The notes: generated by a model not told the origin, from the letters alone. Positions 19,437 through 29,732 are shown, counted from the stretch's first letter. The stretch: 64,000 nt of DNA from Dehalococcoidia bacterium (GCA_030612025.1 JAUWOR010000001.1:32001-96000); one strand, 5' to 3'. A program made the numbers and translations.

Positions 19437-20534
19437 TTAGAAGAAAGCAAGCCCTTTCTTCCTTCGCAATAGATAAAGAAAGAAAGGAGCCCCGCAAAAA
19501 GCAGTGATTACCCCTACTGGAATCTCTGTGGGAGGAAGTAGAGTGTGGGCAAGGGTGTCAGCTAAGATGAGGAATATGCCGCCGACCAAGGTAGATAAAG
19601 GAAGCAAGAAACGATGGTCTGGACCCCAGATAAGTCTCACCGCATGGGGAACTAGGATGCCCACAAAACCGATAAGGCCAGTAAAACAGACTGCCACAGA
19701 GGTAATCAAGGTGGCAGCACCCAGCAATATAAGCTTAACCCTTTCCACATTGATGCCTAATTGCTGTGCCTGCTCCTCATCAAGCTGCATCACATTAAGG
19801 GGTCGAGCATGAAGCCAGATAATTATAACTCCTACCATCACGCAAGGAAGGACTGTCCATACTTCAGCCCATTTAGTTAAGGAAAGCCCACCCAGCAGCC
19901 AAAATACAATCCCATGTAATTCCTCACCGCAAATGGTCATAAGATAAGACGTAATAGAAGATAAGAAAGCACCCAAAGCCACCCCAGCTAGGATGAGGGT
20001 AGTCGCCGGTAAGGTCTTGCCCGCACGAGCCACTGAATAGACCACGGCGACAGCACCTAGACCACCAGCAAAGGCAAATATAGGGATGGCTCCAAAATTC
20101 ATCCATTGCAAGGGGAAAGGGATTAGAAAACCAACAGTAGCTCCCAAACCAGCTCCTGAGGCAATACCGAGGAGGTAAGGGTCAGCCAGGGGATTGCGGA
20201 ACAACCCTTGATAGGTGGCTCCAGCCACCGCTAAGGCTGCCCCCACTAAACCTGCTAGAAGGATGCGAGGAAGCCTTATATCTAGGATTATAGTGTTAAA
20301 AGTTTCAGGCCAGGATGGGGCGATATGGAGAAAGGACAATTTGGAAGCCAGAACTTCAAAGCAGGTAGAAAAGGGTATATGAACGCTTCCCAAAGTAGTG
20401 GCAAATACAATTGCCGCTAAAAGCAGCCCAGCAAGCCCCACTAAAGCATAAACCTTGCCCTGCCAGCGAAGGGAGCAAGGTACGATAGAGTCAATAGCAG
20501 GTTTGTTAATTGACTGATAGATGTTAGTATTCAA
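19437..20534 (-). CDS. btuC: Cobalamin ABC transporter permease (FecCD family)
   Basis: IRLPR, RNPLADP, GLIGFVG..VPH, PVGVIT. Confidence 0.9.
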   Translation of the reverse strand: MNTNIYQSINKPAIDSIVPCSLRWQGKVYALVGLAGLLLAAIVFATTLGSVHIPFSTCFEVLASKLSFLHIAPSWPETFNTIILDIRLPRILLAGLVGAALAVAGATYQGLFRNPLADPYLLGIASGAGLGATVGFLIPFPLQWMNFGAIPIFAFAGGLGAVAVVYSVARAGKTLPATTLILAGVALGAFLSSITSYLMTICGEELHGIVFWLLGGLSLTKWAEVWTVLPCVMVGVIIIWLHARPLNVMQLDEEQAQQLGINVERVKLILLGAATLITSVAVCFTGLIGFVGILVPHAVRLIWGPDHRFLLPLSTLVGGIFLILADTLAHTLLPPTEIPVGVITAFCGAPFFLYLLRRKKGLAFF

Positions 20535-21054
20535 TGCCTTCCCTGCCTCCTATTCCTTGTTCATAGGGATGCTTTACTTCTTTAATCTCGCTAACCAGAT
20601 CTGCCTTCCCTATAATCCTCCCTGTTGCTCCGCGACCAGTTAGAATGAGTTCTAGCTTTTGCGGCTTTAACTCTAAAAGGGAGAGGACTTCCTCCTCCTT
20701 CAAAAAGCCCTCACGCATAGCAATGTTTATCTCGTCCAAAATCAGCATATCCCAAGTTTCATCGGCAAAAAGCCCCTTGATAAACTCTAAGCCCCTTAAA
20801 CATTCCCTCCTCACCTCATCAAAGCTTAAATCCTTATAGAAATGGGGGTGTCTTCTAGCAAAAAAGGAGGTTTTTATCCCTAGCTTTTGCAAAGGTTCAT
20901 ATTCCCCACATCCAAATGTCTCGGGATCCTTAAAGAAGGAGACGAAGCCTACCTTAAAACCATGACCAGCAGCTCGAACTGCCTGACCGATAGCAGCAGT
21001 GGACTTTCCCTTGCCATCTCCAGTATATACTTGAATTAATCCTCTTTCCTTCAC
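20524..21054 (-). CDS. cobO: Cob(I)yrinic acid a,c-diamide adenosyltransferase (CobA/CobO/BtuR)
   Basis: YTGDGKGKSTAA, ILDEI, LTGR, KHPY. Confidence 0.9.
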   Translation of the reverse strand: MKERGLIQVYTGDGKGKSTAAIGQAVRAAGHGFKVGFVSFFKDPETFGCGEYEPLQKLGIKTSFFARRHPHFYKDLSFDEVRRECLRGLEFIKGLFADETWDMLILDEINIAMREGFLKEEEVLSLLELKPQKLELILTGRGATGRIIGKADLVSEIKEVKHPYEQGIGGREGIEY

Positions 21055-21084
21055 TTTAGCTTCCCTTTACGAAGAATATTTATT

Positions 21085-21164
21085 TGTCACCCTGAACGAA
21101 GTGAAGGGTCTCTAGACGCTGTCCTGAGCAACGCGAAGGATTCTTCGCTGCGCTCAGAATGACA
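21085..21164. repeat. TGTCA-type REP (family C)
   Basis: TGTCACCCTGAACGAAG...TTCTTCGCTGCGCTCAGAATGACA. Confidence 0.75.
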
Positions 21165-21194
21165 AACTGAATTGTTAAGCACTCTACCTTTATA

Positions 21195-21833
21195 CTATCG
21201 GACAGAAATCTCCAGAAACCAAACATTGTCTCTCTTCTCCTTCTTGCCTGGGATAACCTCGAGCGGCGTCTTAAAAATGGGACCATCGAACACAAAAGTA
21301 TGATATTCTCCAGATTCCCCACAGGGATGACAACCAAATTTCCCAATTTCATTCAAAGAAGCCTTATCCAAGTTTCTGCCAAGCAAGCTTTGGTCTAATT
21401 TAGTCGCTACTACTATTGCCTTAAATCCAAGGCTCCAAAAATCAGCAAGGAGTTCCTCAGATCCAATCCCCCAAAGAGGCAAAATAGGCTTTATTCCAAG
21501 TTCCCCACAAACCCTCTCTACCCACTCCCTATGCTCCTCTAAATCCATATCGCCAAAAACTCCTCCCTCTATCCCCTTCTCCTTAAGCTCCGTCACAACC
21601 CTCTTAAAGTTCTCCTCATAATCTTCCCAGGATGTTTTAACCTGAACCATGGGAATCCCTATAGCCCTTGACTGCGATTCCAAAACGTCAGCTTTAATAC
21701 CATGAGACCTTGATTTATCCCCATCTTTGGAGACAAAGTTGACCAGATACAAAACCTCATGGCCTTGTGAAATTGCCTTATAGGTTGCCAGGGCAGATTC
21801 CTTCCCCCCACTCCAGGAAGCAAAGACCTTCAT
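21195..21833 (-). CDS. Diphthine--ammonia ligase-like (Dph6/DUF71) ATP-binding protein
   Basis: SWSGGKES, SHG, FGD, PLW, CGESGEYHTFVFDGP. Confidence 0.9.
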   Translation of the reverse strand: MKVFASWSGGKESALATYKAISQGHEVLYLVNFVSKDGDKSRSHGIKADVLESQSRAIGIPMVQVKTSWEDYEENFKRVVTELKEKGIEGGVFGDMDLEEHREWVERVCGELGIKPILPLWGIGSEELLADFWSLGFKAIVVATKLDQSLLGRNLDKASLNEIGKFGCHPCGESGEYHTFVFDGPIFKTPLEVIPGKKEKRDNVWFLEISVR

Positions 21834-21855
21834 TTAATCACCTCCCTTCAGCTTA

Positions 21856-21999
21856 GAGGCTGTTTAATTTTGCCTCAAATTCAAAACTAGATTTGCCTCA
21901 TCCAGTTTTAATACCCGTTCACCCTCAAGATCCTCGTAGTGCGACCCTTTAGGGTCGTGCACGAGGCTAAAGCCTCGCACTACATTTTTAAACACGCTC
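21856..21999 (-). mobile_element. MITE-like element with REPIN core A; supplies the btuF stop codon
   Basis: Same shell and core; BtuF ends RACLKM* inside it. Confidence 0.85.
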
Positions 22000-22906
22000 G
22001 CTTGCCGAAAATGTCCGGGTGAATAAAGTAAGCAAACCACTCTAAAGCGTCCACTATCCTCGGCCCATCACGGCTAACTAGGTCGGCATCAATCTGATAC
22101 ACTCTATTGTTCTTACGAGCCTCGGTGACCCCGAGCCTTGGCTCTTCATTTGCCCACTCAAACGGCTTGCCTTTAGCTTCCCCGTGTCCAGTGCAAGCAA
22201 TAATTACCTCAGGGTTGCGAGCAATAACCTCTTCAAGGTTAACCATTTTATGCCCTATAACATCCTGGAAAATATTCACTCCACCAGCTTTCTCAATCAA
22301 TTCCTGCGTTGTAATTCCCGAACCTACGCTCCATAATGGCTCGTGCCAGGTGATATAAAAGACCCTTGGCTTTCCATCCGGGTTCTGGGTTTTATCTGTT
22401 ATCGCTTTAATCCTGGTTTCCATTTGAGCCACAAGCTTAGATGCCTCATCCTCTTCTCCAGTTATTTTTCCTACCACCTCAATATCTTTAAGTATTCCGT
22501 CTAAATTTTCTGGCGCCAAGGCAAATACCGTGAGACCCCACTCCTCTAGAGCGGGAATAACCTCCTTGGCATGAATGCTGCCAGCTAATATCAAGTCTGG
22601 TTGCAGGGCGATTATCTTTTCTATATCGGGTGTGGAAAATCCTCCTACCTTTTCCTTATCAAAAACTTCCGCTGGGTAGTTACAGAATTCCGTCACTCCC
22701 ACCACCTTGTCTCCCAAACCCAGGGCAAATAGAATCTCAGTATTAGAAGGGACTAAGGAGATGATTCTTTGAGGTATTTCCTTAATGCTGACTGACCTTC
22801 CTAAATCATCAACTATGGCACCAGGAGATACAGGTTCGGTAGGAGTACAGCCTGCCAGGATAAGTACAATGCCCAAAAGGGCAAAAAACTTCAACCACAC
22901 TTTCAT
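21980..22906 (-). CDS. btuF: Cobalamin-binding lipoprotein (ABC substrate-binding protein)
   Basis: LAGC lipobox, PQRIISLVPSNTEILFALG, R.GPR. Confidence 0.9.
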   Translation of the reverse strand: MKVWLKFFALLGIVLILAGCTPTEPVSPGAIVDDLGRSVSIKEIPQRIISLVPSNTEILFALGLGDKVVGVTEFCNYPAEVFDKEKVGGFSTPDIEKIIALQPDLILAGSIHAKEVIPALEEWGLTVFALAPENLDGILKDIEVVGKITGEEDEASKLVAQMETRIKAITDKTQNPDGKPRVFYITWHEPLWSVGSGITTQELIEKAGGVNIFQDVIGHKMVNLEEVIARNPEVIIACTGHGEAKGKPFEWANEEPRLGVTEARKNNRVYQIDADLVSRDGPRIVDALEWFAYFIHPDIFGKRACLKM

Positions 22907-22929
22907 ATATGTAAATTAAGTTGATTAAA

Positions 22930-22958
22930 ATTATAAAAGGCTATAGTTAAGATGTCAA
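22930..22958 (-). promoter_or_regulatory. Perfect sigma70 promoter of the cob operon
   Basis: TTGACA-17 bp-TATAAT on the minus strand. Confidence 0.85.
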
Positions 22959-23061
22959 TGGATCAAGCAATTTTGAGGCAATATTGCCCTAATAGGATTT
23001 CAGAGTGCTTTTTCTCTAGCAGTTAAAGAAGATAAAAGGGTAATGGCACCATTTGGTGAAA

Positions 23062-23868
23062 CTACATGTTGGTAGATTCTCTAGCCTTCATTAGATCAAC
23101 AATTCTATAATCCAGGTTTTCTTCCTCCAATCTCTGCACTAATGTTGAAATTCCATCTTCAGCACAAACCACTAAGAAAGGCAAGCCACAATAAGCTGCT
23201 TCTATCGCTGCTTCCCTGACACCATAAATATAATCAGGCTTTATACTCACTTGCTTCAGTACCACTAAAGCTTCAACCCCAATAGCTCCTACCAGCTTGG
23301 CTTTGTCTAACTCTCCTTTCAATCTGATAAGATCGGTATTCCTGGACCCCCCCGCTTGCACGTTGGGCACTTCAGCTATAGTCACCTTGCCTGTCTTTAG
23401 CTTTATCACCCCCTCCACCTTGGAAACACCAACATCTTCCCCTTTCTTAGCCTCAGAGACAGTTACCCCCCTGGCTCCTTCATCACTTACAATATCAGAG
23501 GCAAACAGCAAGCCGCCCTTCATATAAAGCGAGACTGCCTGCCCTGCAGATAAGTCGCCATCAGCTATGGCAGTGGAAGTTGATATATCGCTTACCACCC
23601 GGCTCACAAAGGAAGAGTAGCTTTGCAATTGCCTTGCCATCCTTAGAATCCAATCTACACCCTCTCTAGTCACTTTATACCTGGAACGACCTTGTGAGCT
23701 AAGCCAACCATCCTTGATCAATTCCTTGACATACTCGGAGACAGCCTGAGAGGTTATATTTAGCTTTTTGGCAATGTCCTTTTGCTGTATATTCGGTTGA
23801 TTCGCCGCTATCTCCAGCAATATCTGAAACTTAGTAGCCAGATTTTTACTCTGTAATATTTGTGCCAT
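23062..23868 (-). CDS. Winged-helix transcriptional regulator (archaeal-type)
   Basis: QQKDIAKKLNITSQAVSEYVKEL HTH, GRSRY.VT.EG wing. Confidence 0.8.
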   Translation of the reverse strand: MAQILQSKNLATKFQILLEIAANQPNIQQKDIAKKLNITSQAVSEYVKELIKDGWLSSQGRSRYKVTREGVDWILRMARQLQSYSSFVSRVVSDISTSTAIADGDLSAGQAVSLYMKGGLLFASDIVSDEGARGVTVSEAKKGEDVGVSKVEGVIKLKTGKVTIAEVPNVQAGGSRNTDLIRLKGELDKAKLVGAIGVEALVVLKQVSIKPDYIYGVREAAIEAAYCGLPFLVVCAEDGISTLVQRLEEENLDYRIVDLMKARESTNM

Positions 23869-23931
23869 GTCAAAAACATTATACCATTTACTAGCCAAGG
23901 CTACAGCTAATAGTTTGGCAACCTCAACTAG

Positions 23932-24597
23932 CTAAGACTTGGCAACTTTCTGAAGGGCAAGCGAACTAGGACACCCATTTTTCAATACGCACTCAGCGCA
24001 GCAAGGCTGTCGAGCATGGCACACTCGCCGGCCATGCTCTATCAGATGAAGATGAAATTGATATACCTTTGAAGGCAGGATTTGCTCTTGCAGCAAGTTA
24101 GGCGCTTTTTCTATTGAAACTTTGGAGTCAATTAAACCTAGTCGTTTGGTCACCCGAAAAACATGGGTATCCACCGGCAAGGATGGCTTCCCTAACCCAA
24201 AAAGCAGCACGCAGCTAGCTGTTTTGGGACCCACCCCAGGCAAATGCATCAAATAATCCTTAGCTTCAGATATACTCATCGATTTAAGAAAATCAAGGCT
24301 AAGGGAGTCTTGCTCCTCCTCAATCTTATTAAGTATCTGCTTTATTCTTACCGCCTTAATCCAAGATAATCCCCCGGATTTGATAGCCTGAGCGATACGC
24401 TCCACTGGAGCAGAAGCCACATCCTCCCAGCTACCAAAGGTAGATAAAAGCGATTCAAAGGCTCTCTTTGAATTTACATCTGAGGTGTTCTGAGAAAGGA
24501 TAGTTCCTATAAGCACAGCAATAGGTTGTTTGCCTGGCTGCCACTCTAAAGGTCCATATTCTTGCTCCAATGACTTGATGACTTCTTCGATGGTCAT
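23932..24597 (-). CDS. nth: Endonuclease III-like HhH-GPD glycosylase
   Basis: LSQNT, LPGVGPKTA, PVDTH, C-x6-C-x2-C-x5-C. Confidence 0.85.
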   Translation of the reverse strand: MTIEEVIKSLEQEYGPLEWQPGKQPIAVLIGTILSQNTSDVNSKRAFESLLSTFGSWEDVASAPVERIAQAIKSGGLSWIKAVRIKQILNKIEEEQDSLSLDFLKSMSISEAKDYLMHLPGVGPKTASCVLLFGLGKPSLPVDTHVFRVTKRLGLIDSKVSIEKAPNLLQEQILPSKVYQFHLHLIEHGRRVCHARQPCCAECVLKNGCPSSLALQKVAKS

Positions 24598-24657
24598 TTT
24601 CTTTGCTTCACAAAGGAATTTTCCTAAAATTTATGATAGTGTATCGTATTAACACTC

Positions 24658-25599
24658 ATGCGGAAAGTCATTTTGGATATGGATCCTGGCATTGATGATG
24701 CTCTAGCTTTGCTCCTGGCCTTAAGGTCGCCTGAGATCCAAGTCCTTGGCATCACTACAGTGGCTGGTAATGCTCCAGTAGAGATGACCAGCGCCAATGC
24801 CCGCCGAGTATTGGAATACCTGGGTGTAACTGATATTCCAGTGGCAATGGGGGCAGCAAAACCCTTAAAACACACTCTTGTCAATGCCTTGGACTATCAT
24901 GGCCCAGATGGACTAGGCCAATGCAGCTTGCCTCCTCCCAGACTTCCACTGCACCCAGCAAAGGCCTGGGATTTCCTGGCCGAGTTAGTATTAAATGCAC
25001 CAGGTGAGATTACACTAGTGGCAACAGGACCTCTAACCAATGTAGCTCTTGCTTTTCAACACCATCCCGAACTACCCAAACTTCTAGCCGGACTAGTTCT
25101 CATGGGAGGGGCGTATAGTCTCACACCTTATGGTAAAGGAAACCAAACCCCGTTTGCCGAATTCAACATCTGGCAGGACCCAGAGGCGGCCCATATGGTG
25201 TTTAGCTCTGAAGTGGATATCATCGCTATAGGGCTGGACATATCTATGAATCCTGCCACCTGCTTGACTAGCCAACATTTAGAGCAAATTAAAGCCAGCC
25301 ACACACCCGCTGCTCGCTTAGCAGCCAAACTAGTGGAATATGCTATAAAACATCATGGGCGCTGTGAACTTCACGATCCCTTAGCTCTGGCAACATTGCT
25401 AGATGCTTCCCTATTTGATTTCATATCAGCGCCCGTGGAAGTGATTTCAGGAAATGGATGGGACCGAGGAGTTACTCGTATCTTGCCCTCTGATAGCTGT
25501 CAGCTATCAGTTGATAGCTCTCAGTTAATGCATATAGCCGCTGGCATAGATGGGCCCCGCTTTCTGAAGCTATTTCTATCGCGCATACTAGAGAAGTAA
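24658..25599 (+). CDS. Inosine/uridine-preferring nucleoside hydrolase
   Basis: DMDPGIDDA, HGPDGLG, GPLTN, AEFNIWQDPEAA, HDP. Confidence 0.92.
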   Translation: MRKVILDMDPGIDDALALLLALRSPEIQVLGITTVAGNAPVEMTSANARRVLEYLGVTDIPVAMGAAKPLKHTLVNALDYHGPDGLGQCSLPPPRLPLHPAKAWDFLAELVLNAPGEITLVATGPLTNVALAFQHHPELPKLLAGLVLMGGAYSLTPYGKGNQTPFAEFNIWQDPEAAHMVFSSEVDIIAIGLDISMNPATCLTSQHLEQIKASHTPAARLAAKLVEYAIKHHGRCELHDPLALATLLDASLFDFISAPVEVISGNGWDRGVTRILPSDSCQLSVDSSQLMHIAAGIDGPRFLKLFLSRILEK

Positions 25600-25600
25600 G

Positions 25601-26593
25601 ATGGTTAAACTGGTAGTATGTGGCGCTATAAATTGGGATGTCAGTTGTTTCGTGGAGCATTTACCCACGCCTGGAGAGGAAGTTACCGTAAAGCATATTA
25701 CGCGGGTGCCCGGAGGAACAGGAGCCAATGTAGCGGTAGCCGCAGCGCGTATTTTAGGACCTAAACAAGTTGCCTTAATCGGCGCTCTCGGAGAGGATAA
25801 CATTGCTCAGCAACAAGTAGCCGCCTTAGCTACCGAAGGGGTCATTACCGAGGGAATCAACTATGTGCCGGGAGAAGAATCAGGACAAGCTTATATTTTG
25901 GTTGACCAAGAGGGGCAAAATGTCATCGCCAGCTGCTTGGGAGCGAATGCCAGGCTATGCCCCGAACATTTAAACAACCCACCAGTTAGACGCTTATTGC
26001 AGGAATGCCGAGGCATAGTCCTCACTGATCCTCCGTTAGATGTAACAGTAAAACTGCTAGACCTAATAAAACAGCGCGGAATCCCCTTGTTATGGGACCC
26101 CGGAATCCTGATAAGCCAAGGATGGGAGATGCTCGAGCCTCTTGCCAAGCAAGCAGACGTTCTTTTCCTGAACGAAACGGAAGCGATTGCCCTTTTCGGA
26201 ACCGCAGAAGTAGATATGAGCTTGAAGCATCTGCAAGGGCTGGGACTCCACAACCATACAGTGCTCAAACTCGGTGCTCAAGGGGCAGCAATGCTTGAAC
26301 CAGCTACGGGCATAGCGGTCGAAGTCCCTGCTCTACCCCTTAAAGACCTAGGTTTAAAGGTAATTAACACCGTAGGTTGCGGAGATGTCTTTGTGGGGGC
26401 CTTTGCCGCCTACCATGTTCTAGGAGCTAGTCTGCAAAGGTCGCTTATCATGGCTAGTGTAGCAGCAGGTCTTAACGCCACCCGTCCTGAAACTCGAGGC
26501 AGCCCAGAACGAGCAACCTTAGAGGCAACAGAACAAGGCAGCCGCGATTTTGGCTTCATAATTCAGGAATATAAGCGCTCTAAAAAATGCTGA
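25601..26593 (+). CDS. PfkB/ribokinase family kinase
   Basis: GGTGANVA, NETE, NTVGCGDVF. Confidence 0.9.
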   Translation: MVKLVVCGAINWDVSCFVEHLPTPGEEVTVKHITRVPGGTGANVAVAAARILGPKQVALIGALGEDNIAQQQVAALATEGVITEGINYVPGEESGQAYILVDQEGQNVIASCLGANARLCPEHLNNPPVRRLLQECRGIVLTDPPLDVTVKLLDLIKQRGIPLLWDPGILISQGWEMLEPLAKQADVLFLNETEAIALFGTAEVDMSLKHLQGLGLHNHTVLKLGAQGAAMLEPATGIAVEVPALPLKDLGLKVINTVGCGDVFVGAFAAYHVLGASLQRSLIMASVAAGLNATRPETRGSPERATLEATEQGSRDFGFIIQEYKRSKKC

Positions 26594-26611
26594 GTAACCT
26601 CTCTCAATAAG

Positions 26612-27550
26612 ATGTCTGATTTTCGGACTCAATTAAAAAGTGGCCTCTACACGGGAATTAAAAGGGGGTGGAGTAGTTTCGTTTGGATATGCAAAATCGT
26701 TGTCCCTGTCTCCTTTCTCGTAGCTCTTATTCAGTGGAGTGGTTGGCTAAATCAACTAGATTTCCTATTACACCCCTTAATGAGCCTGATCAATCTGCCT
26801 GCCGCGGCAGCGTTACCAATCATTACCGCAATGGTAGTAAACTTTTACGCAGCCATCGCCATCATGGCAGTCCTTCCCTTTACCATCGGACAGATGACAT
26901 TGATTGCCCTATTCATAATGATGGCCCACATGCTTATTATGGAAGGAATGATCCAACACAAATCTGGTTTTAACATCATCAAAGCAACCCTGGTTCGTAT
27001 TACCGCAGCTATTTTAACTGTACTCATTGTCTCCCAATTTCTTGGTGATACTAGCCAGAGCATCGTTTTACCAGCCGCTCTTACAGTTCATACTCCATTT
27101 ATTGAGGCTCTAAAGAGTTGGACTATTAACATACTGGGCTTGTCCGTCAAAATTTTCGTAATCATCATGCTAGTTATGATGCTACTGGAGTCTTTACAAT
27201 CTCTGGGATGGATCAAATATCTGCACAAGTTTTTCAAGCCTTTCATGAGAATTCTTGGACTTTCAAACCAAGCAGTAACGATGTGGGTAGCCGGCGCTGG
27301 TTTTGGCCTGTTATATGGAGGAGCCGTTATTACTGAAGAAGCTAAAAAGGGGGCTTTGACAAAGGAAGAATTGGAGCATCTTCATATTTCTATTGGTATC
27401 AACCATGCTATAGTGGAAGAGACTGCCTTATTCCTAGCATTAGGATTAAATGCGTTCTGGTTGTTGATACCCCGATTTGTCACAGCCGCTATAGCAGTTC
27501 ACACTTGTCGCGCTATACAATATCTTAAGAACAAATCACTTCCCAAGTGA
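26612..27550 (+). CDS. Nucleoside-recognition (gate) domain membrane protein
   Basis: Two hydrophobic repeats with H...E motifs (HMLIME, HAIVEE), GLLYGG. Confidence 0.7.
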   Translation: MSDFRTQLKSGLYTGIKRGWSSFVWICKIVVPVSFLVALIQWSGWLNQLDFLLHPLMSLINLPAAAALPIITAMVVNFYAAIAIMAVLPFTIGQMTLIALFIMMAHMLIMEGMIQHKSGFNIIKATLVRITAAILTVLIVSQFLGDTSQSIVLPAALTVHTPFIEALKSWTINILGLSVKIFVIIMLVMMLLESLQSLGWIKYLHKFFKPFMRILGLSNQAVTMWVAGAGFGLLYGGAVITEEAKKGALTKEELEHLHISIGINHAIVEETALFLALGLNAFWLLIPRFVTAAIAVHTCRAIQYLKNKSLPK

Positions 27551-27664
27551 CTCTTCGTGGCATGGTGCTCAAGCATAACCCGCCTGCGCACACCTCTTCA
27601 TCGAAGATGGAGTACTGCTAGGAAAGCAAAAATGACCCTACATTAACAACTCTTAAATCTTTAT

Positions 27665-28582
27665 CTATCGCCCGACTACCTGATAGAGTTTAGTATCCGC
27701 TTCACCGCGAGCATAAGCTTCATGCCACCCTTTGGGCACGGGCATTTTCTTATACCAACTAACTCGCTCTGCCTCAAGTAAATTACGGCGGCATCCCATG
27801 AAATCGGCAGCACAGATAACCTTGTGTTCAATAATAGAAGAGATCCAATCCAGCCATTTCTCCCCTTCCTCGGAGCGCAGTAAATGATGATCTAAAATCA
27901 AGGTATTAACTTCTCTGGCCAATCTTAAAGCCCTACGCAGTGCGTCCTCCCGGTTTTCCTGAGTCAGGCTTGGCAAATAAATAGGTGGCCCGGATGCCAG
28001 CACCACGGTTGGCTGCCATCTAAGGATTTGCTCAATTGCCTCGTCAGCTAAGCATTGAATATCTGAGGCATGTATGAAAACTTCGTTTCCTTCTTCAATC
28101 CTAGTCATCATCATTGTCCCACCTCTGCCCTCACCATGGGGAACAGGAGGAGAAAAGCTCAAGCATCCATCGCTTAGCCCTTCCGAAGCTGGAAGGACTC
28201 GATTGATCTTTTGGGCTAAAGCTTCAGCTCGATGAACTTGGTTGGGGGAGAGATCCTGCGTTCCCTTTGTCCACAACCTGAGGTGCCTCAAGGATTCAGC
28301 AACTCGATCTGCTGAAAGCTGATAGGGGTTGGCATCAACCATGGGATGATGCTCACCGTGATAATGACTAATTACCGCATCTGTGGCATCTTTTAGTGCC
28401 TTTTCAATGGCATCTTTCACTCTCTCAGCCATGGCAACCTGAACCGGATGTGGCAGCAAGCCATGCCGCCTATATCCCAATGCCACCCCTGGATCAATGA
28501 CTATTTTGCGATCTTTGGTCTCGACTACGCAGCACAAGCCACGAACACCCAAAGATTCCGCACCAATTATCTCTATCCGCAC
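27665..28582 (-). CDS. UPF0282-like metallo-beta-lactamase fold hydrolase
   Basis: ESLGVR, IDPGVALG, SHYHGEH, HASD, DHHLLR. Confidence 0.8.
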   Translation of the reverse strand: MRIEIIGAESLGVRGLCCVVETKDRKIVIDPGVALGYRRHGLLPHPVQVAMAERVKDAIEKALKDATDAVISHYHGEHHPMVDANPYQLSADRVAESLRHLRLWTKGTQDLSPNQVHRAEALAQKINRVLPASEGLSDGCLSFSPPVPHGEGRGGTMMMTRIEEGNEVFIHASDIQCLADEAIEQILRWQPTVVLASGPPIYLPSLTQENREDALRRALRLAREVNTLILDHHLLRSEEGEKWLDWISSIIEHKVICAADFMGCRRNLLEAERVSWYKKMPVPKGWHEAYARGEADTKLYQVVGR

Positions 28583-28698
28583 TCTAAAGTCAATATTACC
28601 ACTAATCTCCTCTGGCCATAAGAGTTTAAATCTACCTTCCCTTTAGTCTTAGTAGAAATTATAATACCCACTAGATAACGAGCGTATTTAGAAAAGCA

Positions 28699-28953
28699 AT
28701 GAGGACACAGAAAAGGGAAAGGTATTGGATAAGAATTAAGAGAGTTGAAGCTGATTTGCTTAAGTTTGGCATCAGCGCCGGCTCAGTTAGAAGGCTTATT
28801 CCCTCTTACCCCCTTAGAGTCTTGGAAAGACTTATCAAAGCCACTGAGAAACGCCAACCTAAAGAGCCAGTTACTTACTTTCTAAATGGCCTGAAAAAAT
28901 CCAGAATGAAACATAGGCCTCAACGTAATCTAATCAGAGATGAGGACACATAA
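28699..28953 (+). CDS. Hypothetical basic protein
   Basis: ORF co-directional with two downstream genes. Confidence 0.55.
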   Translation: MRTQKRERYWIRIKRVEADLLKFGISAGSVRRLIPSYPLRVLERLIKATEKRQPKEPVTYFLNGLKKSRMKHRPQRNLIRDEDT

Positions 28954-28959
28954 ATTGAA

Positions 28960-29190
28960 ATGATAGTAATAAAGTGCGCTAAATGCCGGGCTAAAATCTT
29001 TAAATACTTGAAGGTTGGAAGGGGACGAATATTACACTGCTGGAAAGAGCGAATAATAGAAGACCATAGTGTTCGAGATGAAAATGAAATTAGATGTCAG
29101 TGCGGCAATTTAATTGGGATTGATCAGGGAAAGTGGATCAAAATGAAACAACGCTCCTTTATTTATTCCGGAACAAGAACAAAGGGATAG
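28960..29190 (+). CDS. Small zinc-ribbon-like protein
   Basis: CxxC...CxC..G. Confidence 0.7.
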   Translation: MIVIKCAKCRAKIFKYLKVGRGRILHCWKERIIEDHSVRDENEIRCQCGNLIGIDQGKWIKMKQRSFIYSGTRTKG

Positions 29191-29199
29191 AATGTTTCC

Positions 29200-29646
29200 A
29201 TGAAACTTATAAGTGCCTGCCTATTGGGAATAAGGTGTACCTGGGACAGTAAAGATAATTACAAGAGCGATAAGGCAATCGAGCTTTTAAACTCTGAGAC
29301 GCTAATCCCCGTTTGCCCAGAACAATTAGGAGGATTAAAGACCCCCAGGATACCTCAGGAAATTCAGGGAGGCACCGGTGAGGATGTCCTTGATAGGAAA
29401 TGCAAGGTGCTAAATAGAAATGGAGAAGATGTTACTGTGGAATTTATTACCGGAGCAGAAGAAACCTTAAAACTTGCCAAGCTATTCCATGTTGAAGAAT
29501 TTATAGGGAAATCTAAAAGCCCCTCATGTGGCTGTGGGCAAATATATGATGGCACATTTTCTCAAAAATTGATTGACGGCGATGGCGTTACCACGGCATT
29601 ATTGAAAGGAAATGGAATCAGAGTTATAAGCGAAGAAGATTTGTAG
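29200..29646 (+). CDS. DUF523 (2-thiouracil desulfurase-like) protein
   Basis: ISACLLG, PVCPEQLGGL, KSKSPSCG, GDGVT. Confidence 0.9.
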   Translation: MKLISACLLGIRCTWDSKDNYKSDKAIELLNSETLIPVCPEQLGGLKTPRIPQEIQGGTGEDVLDRKCKVLNRNGEDVTVEFITGAEETLKLAKLFHVEEFIGKSKSPSCGCGQIYDGTFSQKLIDGDGVTTALLKGNGIRVISEEDL

Positions 29647-29732
29647 CTTGCTAAGAAACCCACACAATTTCCCGTGAGTTCAGTGAGGTCGAAGCCTGAT
29701 GAATCAGGACTTATGTGAAATACCTAGGTCGC

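Noticed and set aside
21080-21352. ORFs 21080-21352 and 51060-51257
   Set aside because: Read through family-C REP sequence; no independent coding evidence.
22907-23061. Cobalamin riboswitch
   Set aside because: AT-rich, no B12-box recognisable, and the promoter lies too close to the start codon.
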